Below, piece by piece: positions 9,656-19,983 of a stretch of 64,000 nucleotides of DNA; the stretch's first letter is position 1, and every line of letters starts with the position of its first letter. The DNA lies in NCBI GenBank assembly GCA_049318505.1, contig JBMOGG010000001.1:53677-117676 (forward strand), written 5' to 3'. The position numbers were made by a program, and so were the translations under genes. A model generated the notes under the pieces. It made no database searches. It saw only the letters and a program-made list of their open reading frames with translations, and was not told the origin of the DNA. Source of the DNA: Sphingomonas sp. GTDB lineage: Bacteria; Pseudomonadota; Alphaproteobacteria; Sphingomonadales; Sphingomonadaceae.

Positions 9656-10761
9656 TTCCAGCCGATCCCGGTGAAGAACACCGCGAACACGGCGTCGAGC
9701 ACGATTACGAGGAAAATGGCCTGAACAACCGAGGCCGTGGTGCGCAGCCCGACCTGTTCGGCGTCCCCTTCGACCTGCAACCCCTGGAAACAGCCCGACA
9801 GTGCGATGATCAGCCCGAACACGGGGGCCTTGATCAGGCCGATATAGACATCGGTCGCGGGAACGACTTCGCGGATGCGCTGGATATAGGTGACCGGCTG
9901 GATGCCGAGCGTGGTCCAGCAGAACAGGCCGCCGCCGATGATCGCGACGATCGACGCGTAAAAGCCGAGCAGCGGCATCATCAGCACGCCGGCGAAGATG
10001 CGTGGCAGGACCAATGCCTCGTTCGGCGATATGCCGATGGTGCGCATCGCGTCGATTTCCTCGGTCAGCTTCATCGTGCCGAGTTCGGCGGCAAAGGCAG
10101 AGCCCGAACGACCGGCCACCATGATCGCCGTCATCAGGACGCCCAGCTCGCGAAAGGTAATCCGGCCGACCAGATTGATCGTGTAGCTTTCGAACCCGAA
10201 TTGCTGGAGCTGGACGGCGCCCTGCTGCGCAATGACGAGCCCGATGAGGAAGCTCATCAGCCCGATAATGGGGAAGGCCTTGACGCCGACGACCTCGAAA
10301 CGCTCAACGACCGCATCGAGGCGGAACCGCGAGGGGTGGCGAACGACATTGGCAAAGGCGATGCAGATCGCCCCGAAAAAGCCGACCAGGCCGACGAGCG
10401 TTCGCCCGGCGATTTGCGTCGCTTCGCCGATTTCGCCGAGCACGCGCACGATGGGAAAGACATGGTCGGGCCGCACCTTCATCGGAACGTCGCTGCGCGA
10501 CACTTGCGCGATCAGCTGCGCCGTTTCGCGCGTCATGCCGGTGATCGGGGCATCGGCATCGCGGGAAAGACGGTGAATCACCCAGGCACCGATCGTGTCC
10601 ATCTGCTCTACCGCAGAAACATCGATCGTGTCGGCCGACGGTTTGTCGCGCTCCAGCCGGGTGGGAAGGTCACCAAGCTGCGAAAGGACAAGCGCACCGG
10701 TGAAAACCAGCGCCCGCGTACCATCGCGGTCGATTTCGGTAAAATCGGCCCCAGTCATCAA
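9652..10761 (-). CDS. MlaE family ABC permease with N-terminal STAS-like extension
   Basis: C-terminal ~260 aa is a multi-TM MlaE-like permease. About 110 aa of soluble N-terminal domain precede it. ATGA overlap with the ATPase gene at 9652-9655. Confidence 0.85.
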   Translation of the reverse strand: MMTGADFTEIDRDGTRALVFTGALVLSQLGDLPTRLERDKPSADTIDVSAVEQMDTIGAWVIHRLSRDADAPITGMTRETAQLIAQVSRSDVPMKVRPDHVFPIVRVLGEIGEATQIAGRTLVGLVGFFGAICIAFANVVRHPSRFRLDAVVERFEVVGVKAFPIIGLMSFLIGLVIAQQGAVQLQQFGFESYTINLVGRITFRELGVLMTAIMVAGRSGSAFAAELGTMKLTEEIDAMRTIGISPNEALVLPRIFAGVLMMPLLGFYASIVAIIGGGLFCWTTLGIQPVTYIQRIREVVPATDVYIGLIKAPVFGLIIALSGCFQGLQVEGDAEQVGLRTTASVVQAIFLVIVLDAVFAVFFTGIGWK

Positions 10762-10820
10762 CGCCTGTGATGCGGCATTAAAGGTGGCGCGGCAAGACGT
10801 TGAAGCGATAGGGCCGCACG

Positions 10821-11516
10821 ATGAGTCGCGACCAAGCCCGCCCCCTGATCCGTCTGGCGATCTACGACATGGACAAGACGGTCACGCGCTATCCGACCTA
10901 TACCCCGTTCCTCATCCATGCCGCGCGAACGCGCGAGCCTTGGCGTTTGTTGCTGCTTCCTTTCGTGTTCGTCACGCTTTTGCTCTACGGTGCGCGTTTG
11001 ATCGACCGGGGACAGCTGAAGGAGATGAACCACCGCCTTCTGGTAGGGCGGACGCTGTCGCCGGGCGAAGCGTCGAAACTGGCCGAAAGCTTCGCCGCCA
11101 AAACACTTGCCACCAACATCCTGCCGCAGGCGCAGGCGCGGGTACTGGCGGAAAAAGCCGAAGGCTACCGCATGGTGCTCGCGACGGCCTCGTACGACTT
11201 TTATGTCCGCGAGATTGCGCGGGCGCTCAGCTTCGATGACGTGATCGGCACGAAGACGCGCTTCAGCCCGGCGGGCGACCTGCTGGCGCGGATCGACGCG
11301 CAGAATTGCTATGGGACAGCAAAGCTCGAGATGGTCCAGGCGTGGATGACGCGAGAACAACTGGCGCGTGAAGACTGTCACATCCGCTTTTACAGCGATC
11401 ACGTGTCGGATGCCCCTTGCCTGAACTGGGCCGACGAAGCCTTTGCGACCAACGCGCATGCCCCGCTGGCCGCGCTCGCGGCGCAGCGGGGGTGGACAGT
11501 GCTCGACTGGCGCTAG
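10821..11516 (+). CDS. HAD-IB family hydrolase
   Basis: DxDxT motif (IYDMDKTVT) and HAD-IB-like layout. Confidence 0.75.
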   Translation: MSRDQARPLIRLAIYDMDKTVTRYPTYTPFLIHAARTREPWRLLLLPFVFVTLLLYGARLIDRGQLKEMNHRLLVGRTLSPGEASKLAESFAAKTLATNILPQAQARVLAEKAEGYRMVLATASYDFYVREIARALSFDDVIGTKTRFSPAGDLLARIDAQNCYGTAKLEMVQAWMTREQLAREDCHIRFYSDHVSDAPCLNWADEAFATNAHAPLAALAAQRGWTVLDWR

Positions 11517-11550
11517 CACGGCCTCAATTCTTAGCGATGTTGCGCAGTTT

Positions 11551-11628
11551 CGTCACCCCCGCAAAGGCGGAGCCCCACTCCCCCTGTCGATATCGCGGGA
11601 TCGGTTCCCGCTTTCGCGGAAATGACGA
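11551..11628. repeat. pair of inverted REP-like units in a convergent intergenic gap
   Basis: tcgtcacccccgcaaaggcggagcc (11550-) resembles the reverse complement of ggttcccgctttcgcggaaatgacga (-11629). Each unit has a small internal hairpin. Confidence 0.55.
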
Positions 11629-11657
11629 GGGGAAGGGCCCGGTTCCGGTTCGGCCGG

Positions 11658-12965
11658 TCAGATCGCACGCAGAGCCTGGCGCATATCGGCGATCAGGTCT
11701 TCGGCATTCTCGACACCCACCGAAATCCGCACCAGATTGTCGCTGATGCCCAGCGCATCCTTGCGTTCCTGCGGCACGGACAGATGCGTCATCGCCGCAG
11801 GGCAACTGGCCAAAGTCTCGGTGCCGCCAAGGCTGACCGCAAGCTTGGCGATCTTCAGCGCGTCGAGGAAGGCGAAGGATTCGCGCTCGCCGCCCTTGAG
11901 ATAAAGCGAGAACGTCGATCCCGCCCCCGTGCAGTGTCGTGCGTAAATGTCCGCCTGCCGTGACCCGGGTTCGAGGAAGCCGAGATACCCCACGGTCTCG
12001 ACCTGCGGCTGTCCGCGCAGGAATTCGCAGACCTTCGCCGCATTCTCGCCCGCGCGGCTCATGCGCAATTCGAGCGTCTCGAGGCTGCGCAACAGCATCC
12101 ACGCCGAATGCGGATCGGTGATCGTCCCGATGGTGTTGCGCATCATGCGCACGGTGTTCACCAGCACCTTGCTGCCGACAGCGCCGCCCGCGACCAGATC
12201 GCTATGGCCACCGGCATATTTGGTGAGCGAATAGATCACCAGGTCCGCGCCCTGCCGCAACGGCTTTGCCCAGAGCGGACCAAGGAAGGTATTGTCGATC
12301 ACGATCGGCGGCTGGTCGGCACCGGCGAATGCGGCGTCTCGCGATCCCTTCACCGCCTCGACATCGACGAGCGCGTTAGTCGGGTTGGCCGGACTCTCGA
12401 GATAGACGAGCGCGACATTGCCGAGCGCCTTTGCCTGCGTCATCACAGCGTCGATCTCGTCGCGGGCCGCGCCCGCCGGAAAATCGAGCCAGTGGACGCC
12501 TAACCGGCCAAGAATGCGCCCGATCAGCGTTTCGGTCGCGGCATAGAGCGGGGCCGAATGGACGATGACATCGCCCGGCTTGACCAACGCCAGCATGACG
12601 GTCGCGATCGCCGACATGCCCGACGAGAAAACGAGCGCATCCTCCGCGTCCTCCCAGATGCTCAGCCGGTCCTCGAGGATTTCCTGATTGGGGCCGTTGA
12701 AACGCGAATAGACCAGGCCTTCGGCTCCGCCTGGCCGCTTGCCGGTGACGCCTTCGAAAAAGCGTTTTCCTGCTGCGGCATTTTCGAACACGAAAGTCGA
12801 GGTGAGGAAGATCGGCGGCTTGAGCGAACCCTCGGACAATGCCGGGTCGAAACCATGCCCCATCATCAAGGTTTCAGGGGCAAGGCGACGGTTGTCGATT
12901 GTCAGGATATCGGCTTTCGGGCGGCGGCGCTGCGGCGTGCCGGTCAGTTGGGCTTCGTCTTCCAA
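11658..12965 (-). CDS. Cys/Met-metabolism PLP-dependent enzyme (cystathionine gamma-synthase family)
   Basis: YSLTKYAGGHSD PLP-lysine motif; family-typical length of 435 aa. Confidence 0.85.
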   Translation of the reverse strand: MEDEAQLTGTPQRRRPKADILTIDNRRLAPETLMMGHGFDPALSEGSLKPPIFLTSTFVFENAAAGKRFFEGVTGKRPGGAEGLVYSRFNGPNQEILEDRLSIWEDAEDALVFSSGMSAIATVMLALVKPGDVIVHSAPLYAATETLIGRILGRLGVHWLDFPAGAARDEIDAVMTQAKALGNVALVYLESPANPTNALVDVEAVKGSRDAAFAGADQPPIVIDNTFLGPLWAKPLRQGADLVIYSLTKYAGGHSDLVAGGAVGSKVLVNTVRMMRNTIGTITDPHSAWMLLRSLETLELRMSRAGENAAKVCEFLRGQPQVETVGYLGFLEPGSRQADIYARHCTGAGSTFSLYLKGGERESFAFLDALKIAKLAVSLGGTETLASCPAAMTHLSVPQERKDALGISDNLVRISVGVENAEDLIADMRQALRAI

Positions 12966-13006
12966 GCTCTGTCTCCATGCCGCGCGCCCCGAGCCCGGTA
13001 AGGACT

Positions 13007-13768
13007 CTATCCGAGCGCAATCAGCGATATCTGCCGACCATAGTCCGGTTCACCGGCTAGCGTCGCCCGCCGAAAACTGTAGAAGCGGTCGGCTAGTTCC
13101 ATTGTGTTGAGCGCAAGGACTTCGACCTGGCCGACCCCGAAGCCCGTCAACCGGTGCGCGACATAGCCGGGCAGGTCGAATTGGGCATGGCCGGGCCGGC
13201 CGGTCACGAAGAGCCGCTCGTTGTCGGGGCCGGCAGCGACGAAGCGCGCGCGAAACCCGTCGTCGACCTCATAGCTCGCCTGTCCTATGCATGGTCCCAC
13301 GACCGCAATGATCCGCTCGCGGCGGGCGCCAAGCCCTTCCATCGCGGCGACAGTCGCATCGGTGACGCCTGCAATCGCGCCCTTCCATCCGGCATGGGCG
13401 GCGCCGATCACGCCAGCCTCGGTGTCGGCAAACAGAACCGGGGCGCAGTCGGCAGTCAGGATGCCGAGGGCAAGGCCTGGCCGGTCGGTGACCAGCGCGT
13501 CGGCCTTGGGACGCGCCTCATCGGGCCAGGCCGCGGTTGCAACGACGACCGCCGGCGAATGGACCTGGAACACGGTGACAAGCTGCGCGCCCGGCGCCAC
13601 CGCGGCCAGTGCGCGTCGCCGATTTTCGGCGACGGCGGCTGGATCGTCGCCGCTGCCCAGCCCCACGTTTAACCCTGCGACAAGGCCAGTCGAGACACCG
13701 CCGCGCCTTCCAAGGAAACCATGGCGTATGCCGTCGAGCAAGGGCGATATGACGACCTCTGCGCTCAT
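13007..13768 (-). CDS. pgeF: peptidoglycan editing factor PgeF (YfiH/DUF152 family)
   Basis: DUF152-like sequence (TADCAPVLF, HAGWKG). ATGA overlap with the upstream methyltransferase gene at 13765-13768. Confidence 0.85.
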   Translation of the reverse strand: MSAEVVISPLLDGIRHGFLGRRGGVSTGLVAGLNVGLGSGDDPAAVAENRRRALAAVAPGAQLVTVFQVHSPAVVVATAAWPDEARPKADALVTDRPGLALGILTADCAPVLFADTEAGVIGAAHAGWKGAIAGVTDATVAAMEGLGARRERIIAVVGPCIGQASYEVDDGFRARFVAAGPDNERLFVTGRPGHAQFDLPGYVAHRLTGFGVGQVEVLALNTMELADRFYSFRRATLAGEPDYGRQISLIALG

Positions 13769-14829
13769 GCAAATCCTGCCGGCTCGGGCCATCTGCTGCC
13801 GGTCAGCGCCATGGCGCGGAACAATGTCCCCATGGCGTGTTCTCCCGTCAGCCGCGCATGCGCTGCGCCGATTTCGTCGGCGCGCTCGGGGGTGTTTCGG
13901 GCCAGCGCTGCCGCCCGCGTCGCAAGGCCAAGCTGTCCCAGAAAGTCCCGCTGAGCTAACGGTCCATGGACTGTGGCCCCGGCGACGCTTGCTGCCGCGC
14001 CCAGCACCGCAAAATCGACATGCGCGCTCAGGTCGACGCTGCCCGGCGCGTCGAACGGATTCGCAAAGCCATGCCCGCGCACGGCCTGCAGAGTTTCCCC
14101 GAGCGCTGGGCCGTCATAGCCATAATCGACGATCAGCATGGCGCCGCCCTGACGACCGAGCCGCCCCGCAAGGTCGCGCGTGACGGCAACCGAGGCGGGC
14201 GATGACTCGATCACGCTGCCCGGGGGCGCATCGCGCAAGTGGCCAAGGACGATGGTGTCGGGCAGGGTGGGGCCCGCGATCGGCAGGAACAGCGTATCCT
14301 GGCAGGCGACCAGCCGCCGGTGCCACCCCTCCCGACCGCGCAGGATTTGCTCGATGGGCAGCGCGTCGAAGAATTCATTGGCGATGACGACCAGCGCCGC
14401 ATCGTCGGGCAGCGTTGAGATATCGTCGTGCCACCGGGCGTCGGGCACGCGTCCGGCCTGTTCAGCGCGCAGCCGGGGTGATGTTTCGACGAAATGGACG
14501 GGCGGCCTGAGACCAGCCTTGGCCATCGTCCGCAGGGCGTCGGCGGCCAGCGTCCCGCGTCCGGGCCCCAGTTCGACAAAATAGACCGCCGGGCTGCCGG
14601 CGCGCTGCCACAGATCGGTAATCCACACGCCGATCAGCTCGCCGAACATCTGGCTGATTTCGGGTGCCGTGATGAAGTCGCCGGCCGCGCCGATCGTGCT
14701 TTCGCGGGCATAATAGTCGGCATTGGCCGCTGCCATGAAGCGCGACACAGGCACCGGTCCGGCCAGCGCAATCGCGCGGGCCAGCCGGTCGGGCAGCGTG
14801 CCCTGTACCGCCGGCTCCGCCTTCGTCAT
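13765..14829 (-). CDS. class I SAM-dependent methyltransferase (MidA/NDUFAF7-like, DUF185)
   Basis: DUF185-like sequence ([17 protein letters not shown]). ATGA overlap with lgt at 14826-14829. Confidence 0.8.
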   Translation of the reverse strand: MTKAEPAVQGTLPDRLARAIALAGPVPVSRFMAAANADYYARESTIGAAGDFITAPEISQMFGELIGVWITDLWQRAGSPAVYFVELGPGRGTLAADALRTMAKAGLRPPVHFVETSPRLRAEQAGRVPDARWHDDISTLPDDAALVVIANEFFDALPIEQILRGREGWHRRLVACQDTLFLPIAGPTLPDTIVLGHLRDAPPGSVIESSPASVAVTRDLAGRLGRQGGAMLIVDYGYDGPALGETLQAVRGHGFANPFDAPGSVDLSAHVDFAVLGAAASVAGATVHGPLAQRDFLGQLGLATRAAALARNTPERADEIGAAHARLTGEHAMGTLFRAMALTGSRWPEPAGFA

Positions 14830-15725
14830 GCGACGCTTGCGGTTCCCGCCACCGGTTCGACCCGTGTGCGCCGCCCCTTGGACGTTGCGAGCAGGTACAG
14901 ACCGAAGATGAGCACCGGCAGCGACAGGGTCTGCCCCATCGTCAGCCCCCAGGACAGGTTTTCGAGCCCGGCGTCAGGCTGGCGTACGCGTTCGAGCGCA
15001 AAGCGGACGAGCGCATAGAAGGTCAGGCCAGCGCCCGCCAACCGGCCCGGATAATAGCGCGCGTCGGTCTTCCAGAAGAGCCACCAGAGCAACAGCCCCA
15101 GCGCGATGCCTTCAAGCCCTGCTTCGTACAACTGGCTCGGATGACGGGCGATGCCGTCGCCCGTCCCCGGAAAGACGATCCCCCAGGGCAGGTCGGTGGG
15201 CCGTCCCCACAGCTCGCCATTCACGAAATTGGCCAGCCGCACGAAAAACTCGCCGAACGGCGTCGCGCAGCCAACATAGTCGAGCACGCGCAGCAGGGGC
15301 AGCTTGTTGCGCCAGGCGAAATAGATGACCGCCAGCGTCAGGCCGATCAGCCCGCCGTGGAACGCCATGCCGCCTTCCCACAGCTTGGCGATTTCCAGTG
15401 GCGTCTCGAACATCTCGGGCTTGTAGAAGGTTACATAGCCCAATCGCCCGCCTAGGATGATGCCAAGCGTTGCGTAGAACATGAAGTCGTCGGCATGGCG
15501 CTGCGCCATGGGCGCGCCGGGCTGTTTGAGCAGCTTCGACAGATACCACCAGCCGAGGATGATTCCCGCGATATAGGCAAGACTATACCATCTGAGCGCG
15601 AACCAGCCGATCTGCAAGGCCACCGGATTAAGCCCCAGATCGGTGAACTGAATAGCTTCGGACGCGACGGCAGCCGTGCTTGCCGTGGCGCCAAAAACGA
15701 GATTCAGGGCAAATTCGTGCAGCAA
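14826..15725 (-). CDS. lgt: prolipoprotein diacylglyceryl transferase
   Basis: The region [15 protein letters not shown] aligns with the Lgt N-terminus. A TTG at 15725 is proposed as the start. The longest ORF reaches 15800 but would overlap the divergent gene. Confidence 0.85.
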   Translation of the reverse strand: MLHEFALNLVFGATASTAAVASEAIQFTDLGLNPVALQIGWFALRWYSLAYIAGIILGWWYLSKLLKQPGAPMAQRHADDFMFYATLGIILGGRLGYVTFYKPEMFETPLEIAKLWEGGMAFHGGLIGLTLAVIYFAWRNKLPLLRVLDYVGCATPFGEFFVRLANFVNGELWGRPTDLPWGIVFPGTGDGIARHPSQLYEAGLEGIALGLLLWWLFWKTDARYYPGRLAGAGLTFYALVRFALERVRQPDAGLENLSWGLTMGQTLSLPVLIFGLYLLATSKGRRTRVEPVAGTASVA

Positions 15726-15793
15726 GGCTTTTCCCTTCCAATTTTCGTCCCCATACAGGGGGCACTGGCGAAGACCAAGGGGAGAGGAAGACG

Positions 15794-17515
15794 ATGGCAT
15801 CCGAGCTCGACCGTCGCATTGATACGGCGATTGCGAACCTTTCGGTCGAAGGGGGACCGCTGCCGCTGGGTAGCTTCACCCTGCCGTGCGGCGTGGCCGT
15901 ACCCACGATCGCGGCCGCCCCGCCGACGCTGGTCGGCTATTTTGCCTATTTCTGCGCGCAGCACGGCGCCGCCGACTTCATCGTCGACGGCCAAGAGCGC
16001 CTGACTTACGCTCAGGTTCATGCCGAAGCAGTCAAGGTCGCGCAGGCCCTGGTAAGCGGTTATGGCGTGCAAAAGGGCGACCGCGTTGGCATCGCGATGC
16101 GCAACGCGCCTTCGTGGATTGTGCTCTATATGGGCATCGTGATGGCTGGCGGCGTCGCGACCTTGCTGAACGGTTGGTGGCAGGGCGGCGAACTGTGCGA
16201 CGGGATTGTCGCCGTCGATGCCAAACTGGTCTTTGCCGATCCGCCTCGCGCGAAACGCATCGAGGAATGCGGCCGCGAGACGGGCTTCGAGATCGTGCTG
16301 GTCGACGTGGCGCTGCCGCTGGACGAAGCGCTGGCGCCGGTTCTGGCAAGGGGCGGTGCTGATGCCGCGCTTCCCGAGGTTACGGGCGACGACCTTGCCA
16401 CTATCCTGTTCACGTCCGGGTCTACGGGCCAGTCGAAGGGTGCCTATTCCACGCACCGCGCCGTCGTGCAGGCGACCTTCGGTTATATCGCGCAGGCCCT
16501 GATGCAACTGCAGATCGGCACCGAGGACGGCACGATCAAGTCCGACGCGCCGCAGCATGCGATCCTAATGACTGTGCCGCTGTTCCACGTGACGGGCGAA
16601 GTCCCGATGTTGCTCGTCAGCTTCGCGATCGGCCGCAAGATCGTGCTGATGCCGAAATGGAACGCGCTTGAGGCCATGAAGCTGATCCAGTTTGAACGGG
16701 TCACCAATTTCACCGGCGTGCCGCTGATGAGCTGGGAAATTCTCAATCACCCCGAACGGGCGAACTACGACCTGTCGACGATCCAGACGTTTGCGGCTGG
16801 CGGGGCACCCCGCCCGCCCGAGCATGTCCGCCGCCTCAACGATGAGATGCCAGCACCGCCGGCACTCGGCTATGGTCTGACCGAAACCAACGCCATCGGC
16901 TGCGGCTCGTTTTCGACCAACTACCTCGAAAAGCCGAACTCCACGGGTCGTGCCTATCGCCCGCTCGTCGACCTCGCGATCCTCGACGATGCCGGCAACT
17001 CGGTCCCTCAGGGGGAACGCGGCGAGATCTCGATCCGCTCTGTCGCCAATTTCAGCGGCTACTGGAACAACCCCACGGCAACCGCCGCATGCATGACCGC
17101 CGATGGCTATTTCCGGACAGGCGACATCGGCTATCTCGACCCGGACGACTATCTGTTCATCGTCGACCGCAAGAAGGACATCATCATCCGCGGCGGCGAA
17201 AATATCAGTTGCCAGGAAGTGGAAGCGGCCATTTATGCCCATCCCGCGATTGCCGAGGCCTGCGTATTTGGCCTGGCCGATGAGCGGCTGGGCGAAATCG
17301 TCGGCGCCGTTGCGCACGTTCATGCCGGCGAGAATCTGAGCCAGGAAGCGTTGCTGTTTTTCCTCAGCGAGCAACTTGCTGCCTTCAAGGTGCCGGCAAA
17401 GCTCTGGTTCTCAGACGAACCACTGCCGAAGCTGGGCACGGAAAAGATCGACAAGGTCGGTCTGCGGGCCAGGTTCCGCGGCGTGCACGAGGCCGAGTCA
17501 CGCCAGCCCGGCTAA
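15794..17515 (+). CDS. AMP-dependent synthetase/ligase (class I adenylate-forming enzyme)
   Basis: AMP-binding motifs ([27 protein letters not shown]). GGAGAGGAAG RBS precedes the ATG at 15794. Confidence 0.9.
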   Translation: MASELDRRIDTAIANLSVEGGPLPLGSFTLPCGVAVPTIAAAPPTLVGYFAYFCAQHGAADFIVDGQERLTYAQVHAEAVKVAQALVSGYGVQKGDRVGIAMRNAPSWIVLYMGIVMAGGVATLLNGWWQGGELCDGIVAVDAKLVFADPPRAKRIEECGRETGFEIVLVDVALPLDEALAPVLARGGADAALPEVTGDDLATILFTSGSTGQSKGAYSTHRAVVQATFGYIAQALMQLQIGTEDGTIKSDAPQHAILMTVPLFHVTGEVPMLLVSFAIGRKIVLMPKWNALEAMKLIQFERVTNFTGVPLMSWEILNHPERANYDLSTIQTFAAGGAPRPPEHVRRLNDEMPAPPALGYGLTETNAIGCGSFSTNYLEKPNSTGRAYRPLVDLAILDDAGNSVPQGERGEISIRSVANFSGYWNNPTATAACMTADGYFRTGDIGYLDPDDYLFIVDRKKDIIIRGGENISCQEVEAAIYAHPAIAEACVFGLADERLGEIVGAVAHVHAGENLSQEALLFFLSEQLAAFKVPAKLWFSDEPLPKLGTEKIDKVGLRARFRGVHEAESRQPG

Positions 17516-17594
17516 GGCTCGGGCCGCGCGGACCAGCCGCATCTGCCGCCGTCACGCCTGCGAGACCGTTTTGCCTATAATTTCGCCAGCAATA

Positions 17595-17831
17595 ATGAGC
17601 GACTTTTTGCTGGCGAAAGGCAAATATTTGGTCTGCGAATTTATTGCTTCGAACCTGCCGGGCCCTCAGGCTTTGGCTCAGACGGATCTGAACCTTGTCG
17701 TGCCCCCGCGTTTCGTCTCCGCGGTACGACGGCACAGCCTTCATCTCGCCAACTTGTCGGCAGCTCTGCACGCTGCCGGGCTCACCGATGAAATCGCGCG
17801 GGATTTGGTCGAATGCGCGCTCGACGGTTAG
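17595..17831 (+). CDS. hypothetical small protein (78 aa)
   Basis: ATG-initiated ORF in a lower-GC gap with a TATAAT hexamer at 17576-17581. I recognise no similarity. Confidence 0.3.
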   Translation: MSDFLLAKGKYLVCEFIASNLPGPQALAQTDLNLVVPPRFVSAVRRHSLHLANLSAALHAAGLTDEIARDLVECALDG

Positions 17832-17881
17832 CGCGACAGTCTGATGAGCGCGATCCGGGAAGAAAGGGGCTCGCAGTGAAT

Positions 17882-18120
17882 ATGAGGGAGTCAAAGCTGT
17901 TCGACGAGGCCGGACGGATCGCTTCGCTCAACCGTTATTACGTGCTCGATAGCGGGTGTGAGTAGCCATTCGACCGGATTATCGAACTTGTCCAAACCGT
18001 CTTCAAGGTGCCGATTGCTGTCGTCACGCGGGTCGATGTCGAACGACAGTGGTTGAAGTCGCAGCCTAGACTCGAGGTCGACGAGACGGCGCTTGACATA
18101 TCGTTTTGTAACCACACCAT
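17882..18120 (+). pseudogene. remnant of a GAF-domain sensor gene (N-terminal ~75 codons, in-frame TAG at 17963-17965)
   Basis: MRESKLFDEAGRIASLNRYYVLDSGCE*PFDRIIELVQTVFKVPIAVVTRVDVERQWLKSQPRLEVDETALDISFCNHTI matches the conserved GAF sensor N-terminus pattern (ERL.AL.RY.VLDT.PE..FDRI..LA...F.VP.A.VSLVD..RQWFK...GL...ET.R.ISFC.H.I). Similarity then stops. Confidence 0.7.
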
Positions 18121-18149
18121 ATCGCGGCTTGACCGAAAGGCGCTGTGCC

Positions 18150-19943
18150 TCAGGCCCGGTAAAGCGCGTCCAGTTGTTCACCATACACGTCGCGAATCTT
18201 ATGCCGACGGATCTTCATCGAGGGCGTCAGCATTTCATTTTCGACAGTGAAGGCGTCGGCAGTCAGGCAGACGCGCCGTACCTTTTCGGTCACTGAAAGC
18301 TCCGCATTGACCCGGTCGACCGCCGCCATGATCGCGCGCTGGACGGCGGGGTCGCCGCACAATGCCGTGCAGTCGGGCTTTACGTCGTTTTTGACGCACC
18401 ATTCCTGCAGCCATTCGGGATCGGGTACGATCACGCCGACAAGGTGCGGCCGCCTGTCGCCCGCGACCATCGCCTGAATGATCTCGGGCTGCAGCGTCAG
18501 CATCCCTTCGACCTTTTGCGGGGAGACGTTGTCGCCCTTGTCGTTGACGATCAGGTCCTTCTTGCGGTCCGTGATGACGATGCGGCCAGCCTCGTCGATA
18601 TGGCCAACGTCCCCGGTATGCAGCCAGCCATCGATTAGAACGCGTGCGGTTTCGGCTTCGTTGTTCCAATAGCCGTGCATGACCAGTTCGCCGCGAACCA
18701 GGATCTCGCCGTCCTCGGCAATGCGGACTTCGGTGTCCTTCATCGGCGGGCCGACGGTGTCCATCTTCAGCCCGACCTTCGGCCGGTTGCAGCTTATGAC
18801 TGGTCCCGATTCAGTCTGGCCATAGCCCTGCAACAGGGTGAGGCCGAGTGCGTGGAAGAACACGCCGATCTCGGGATTGAGCGGCGCCCCCCCAGACACG
18901 AGCGCCTTGATGCGCCCACCGAACTTGGCCTGGACCTTCGGTCGCAACGTCTTCTTGATAAAAAAGTCGACGGGCCGGTCCCAGAAGGGAATGCCCTTTT
19001 TCAGATCCTTGGCGCCCAGCGACAGCGCGCGGCTGAGCAGCTTCGGCGCGAGCCCGCCCTGCTTCTCGATCGTCTTGACGATTCGGGCGCGCAAAACTTC
19101 GAACAGGCGCGGCACGACGACCATCAGCGTCGGGCGCACTTCTTCGATGTTCGAGGCCAGCTTTTCGAGCCCTTCTGCATAATAGATTTGCCCGCCCAGG
19201 CCGATCGGCAGGAACTGCCCGCCCGAATGCTCATAGGCATGGCTCAACGGCAGGAACGACAGGAAGATTTCGTCATCCCAGCCATAGTCGTTCGACACGA
19301 TGTCGATGCAGCCCGCCACATTGTGCAGGATCGCGCCGTGATGCTGGCGGACGCCGCGCGGGGAGCCACCCGTACCGCTGGTATAGATGATGCAGGCGAG
19401 ATCCTCGCGCTTCAAGCCGGCCGCTGCCGTCGTTGCCGCCGCGACGTCTGCGGCCTGGCTCGCAACCAGCGTCTTCCAGTCATGCAGCGTAACGTCGCCC
19501 GACTGGCCGACCCGAATGTCCTCGATGCCGATCACGGCCTTGCAATGCGTTGAGCGCAGGACGGCGGGAAGCAGGGTCCGCGCGAGCTTGGCACTCGACA
19601 CGATCGCGGCCTTGGCACCCGAATCGCCCAGAATATGCGCGTGGTCGCGCTCGGTATTGGTGACATAGGTTGGTACGGTCACACAGCCCGCCGCCATGAT
19701 CGCCAGATCGGCGATGCACCATTCGGGGCGGTTTTCGCTGACCAGCATCACCCGGTCGCCTGAAGAGAGCCCCATGGCCTTCAGCGCGGCGGCAAGGCTT
19801 GCCACTTCGCGCGCTGTCTGTGCCCAGCTGTGCGATTGCCACAGGCCGCCCGTCTTGTGCCACAGGAATGGTGCATCGCCGTTCACACGCGCGCGCGTGA
19901 AGAACATCGTCACCAGATTGGGAAATGTTTCGAACGTCCGCAT
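18150..19943 (-). CDS. long-chain fatty acid-CoA ligase (AMP-dependent synthetase)
   Basis: AMP-binding motifs (YTSGTGGSPRG, GYGQTE, TGD); 597 aa. Confidence 0.9.
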   Translation of the reverse strand: MRTFETFPNLVTMFFTRARVNGDAPFLWHKTGGLWQSHSWAQTAREVASLAAALKAMGLSSGDRVMLVSENRPEWCIADLAIMAAGCVTVPTYVTNTERDHAHILGDSGAKAAIVSSAKLARTLLPAVLRSTHCKAVIGIEDIRVGQSGDVTLHDWKTLVASQAADVAAATTAAAGLKREDLACIIYTSGTGGSPRGVRQHHGAILHNVAGCIDIVSNDYGWDDEIFLSFLPLSHAYEHSGGQFLPIGLGGQIYYAEGLEKLASNIEEVRPTLMVVVPRLFEVLRARIVKTIEKQGGLAPKLLSRALSLGAKDLKKGIPFWDRPVDFFIKKTLRPKVQAKFGGRIKALVSGGAPLNPEIGVFFHALGLTLLQGYGQTESGPVISCNRPKVGLKMDTVGPPMKDTEVRIAEDGEILVRGELVMHGYWNNEAETARVLIDGWLHTGDVGHIDEAGRIVITDRKKDLIVNDKGDNVSPQKVEGMLTLQPEIIQAMVAGDRRPHLVGVIVPDPEWLQEWCVKNDVKPDCTALCGDPAVQRAIMAAVDRVNAELSVTEKVRRVCLTADAFTVENEMLTPSMKIRRHKIRDVYGEQLDALYRA

Positions 19944-19983
19944 GTCTCTCCTTCGTGCCGCGTGCGTGTCGCTAATGTTGGCT

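Noticed and set aside
16087-16106. Near-copy of the TGGCAT/ATGCCA motif (ttggcatcgcgatgcgcaa) inside the acyl-CoA synthetase gene.
   Set aside because: It has a 4-nt spacer, one half-site mismatch, and lies in coding sequence. It is most likely coincidental.
17891-18184. 97-aa minus-strand ORF across the 17.9-18.2 kb gap.
   Set aside because: It is antisense to the recognisable GAF remnant and runs into the ligase gene's 3' end. No motif or RBS is present.
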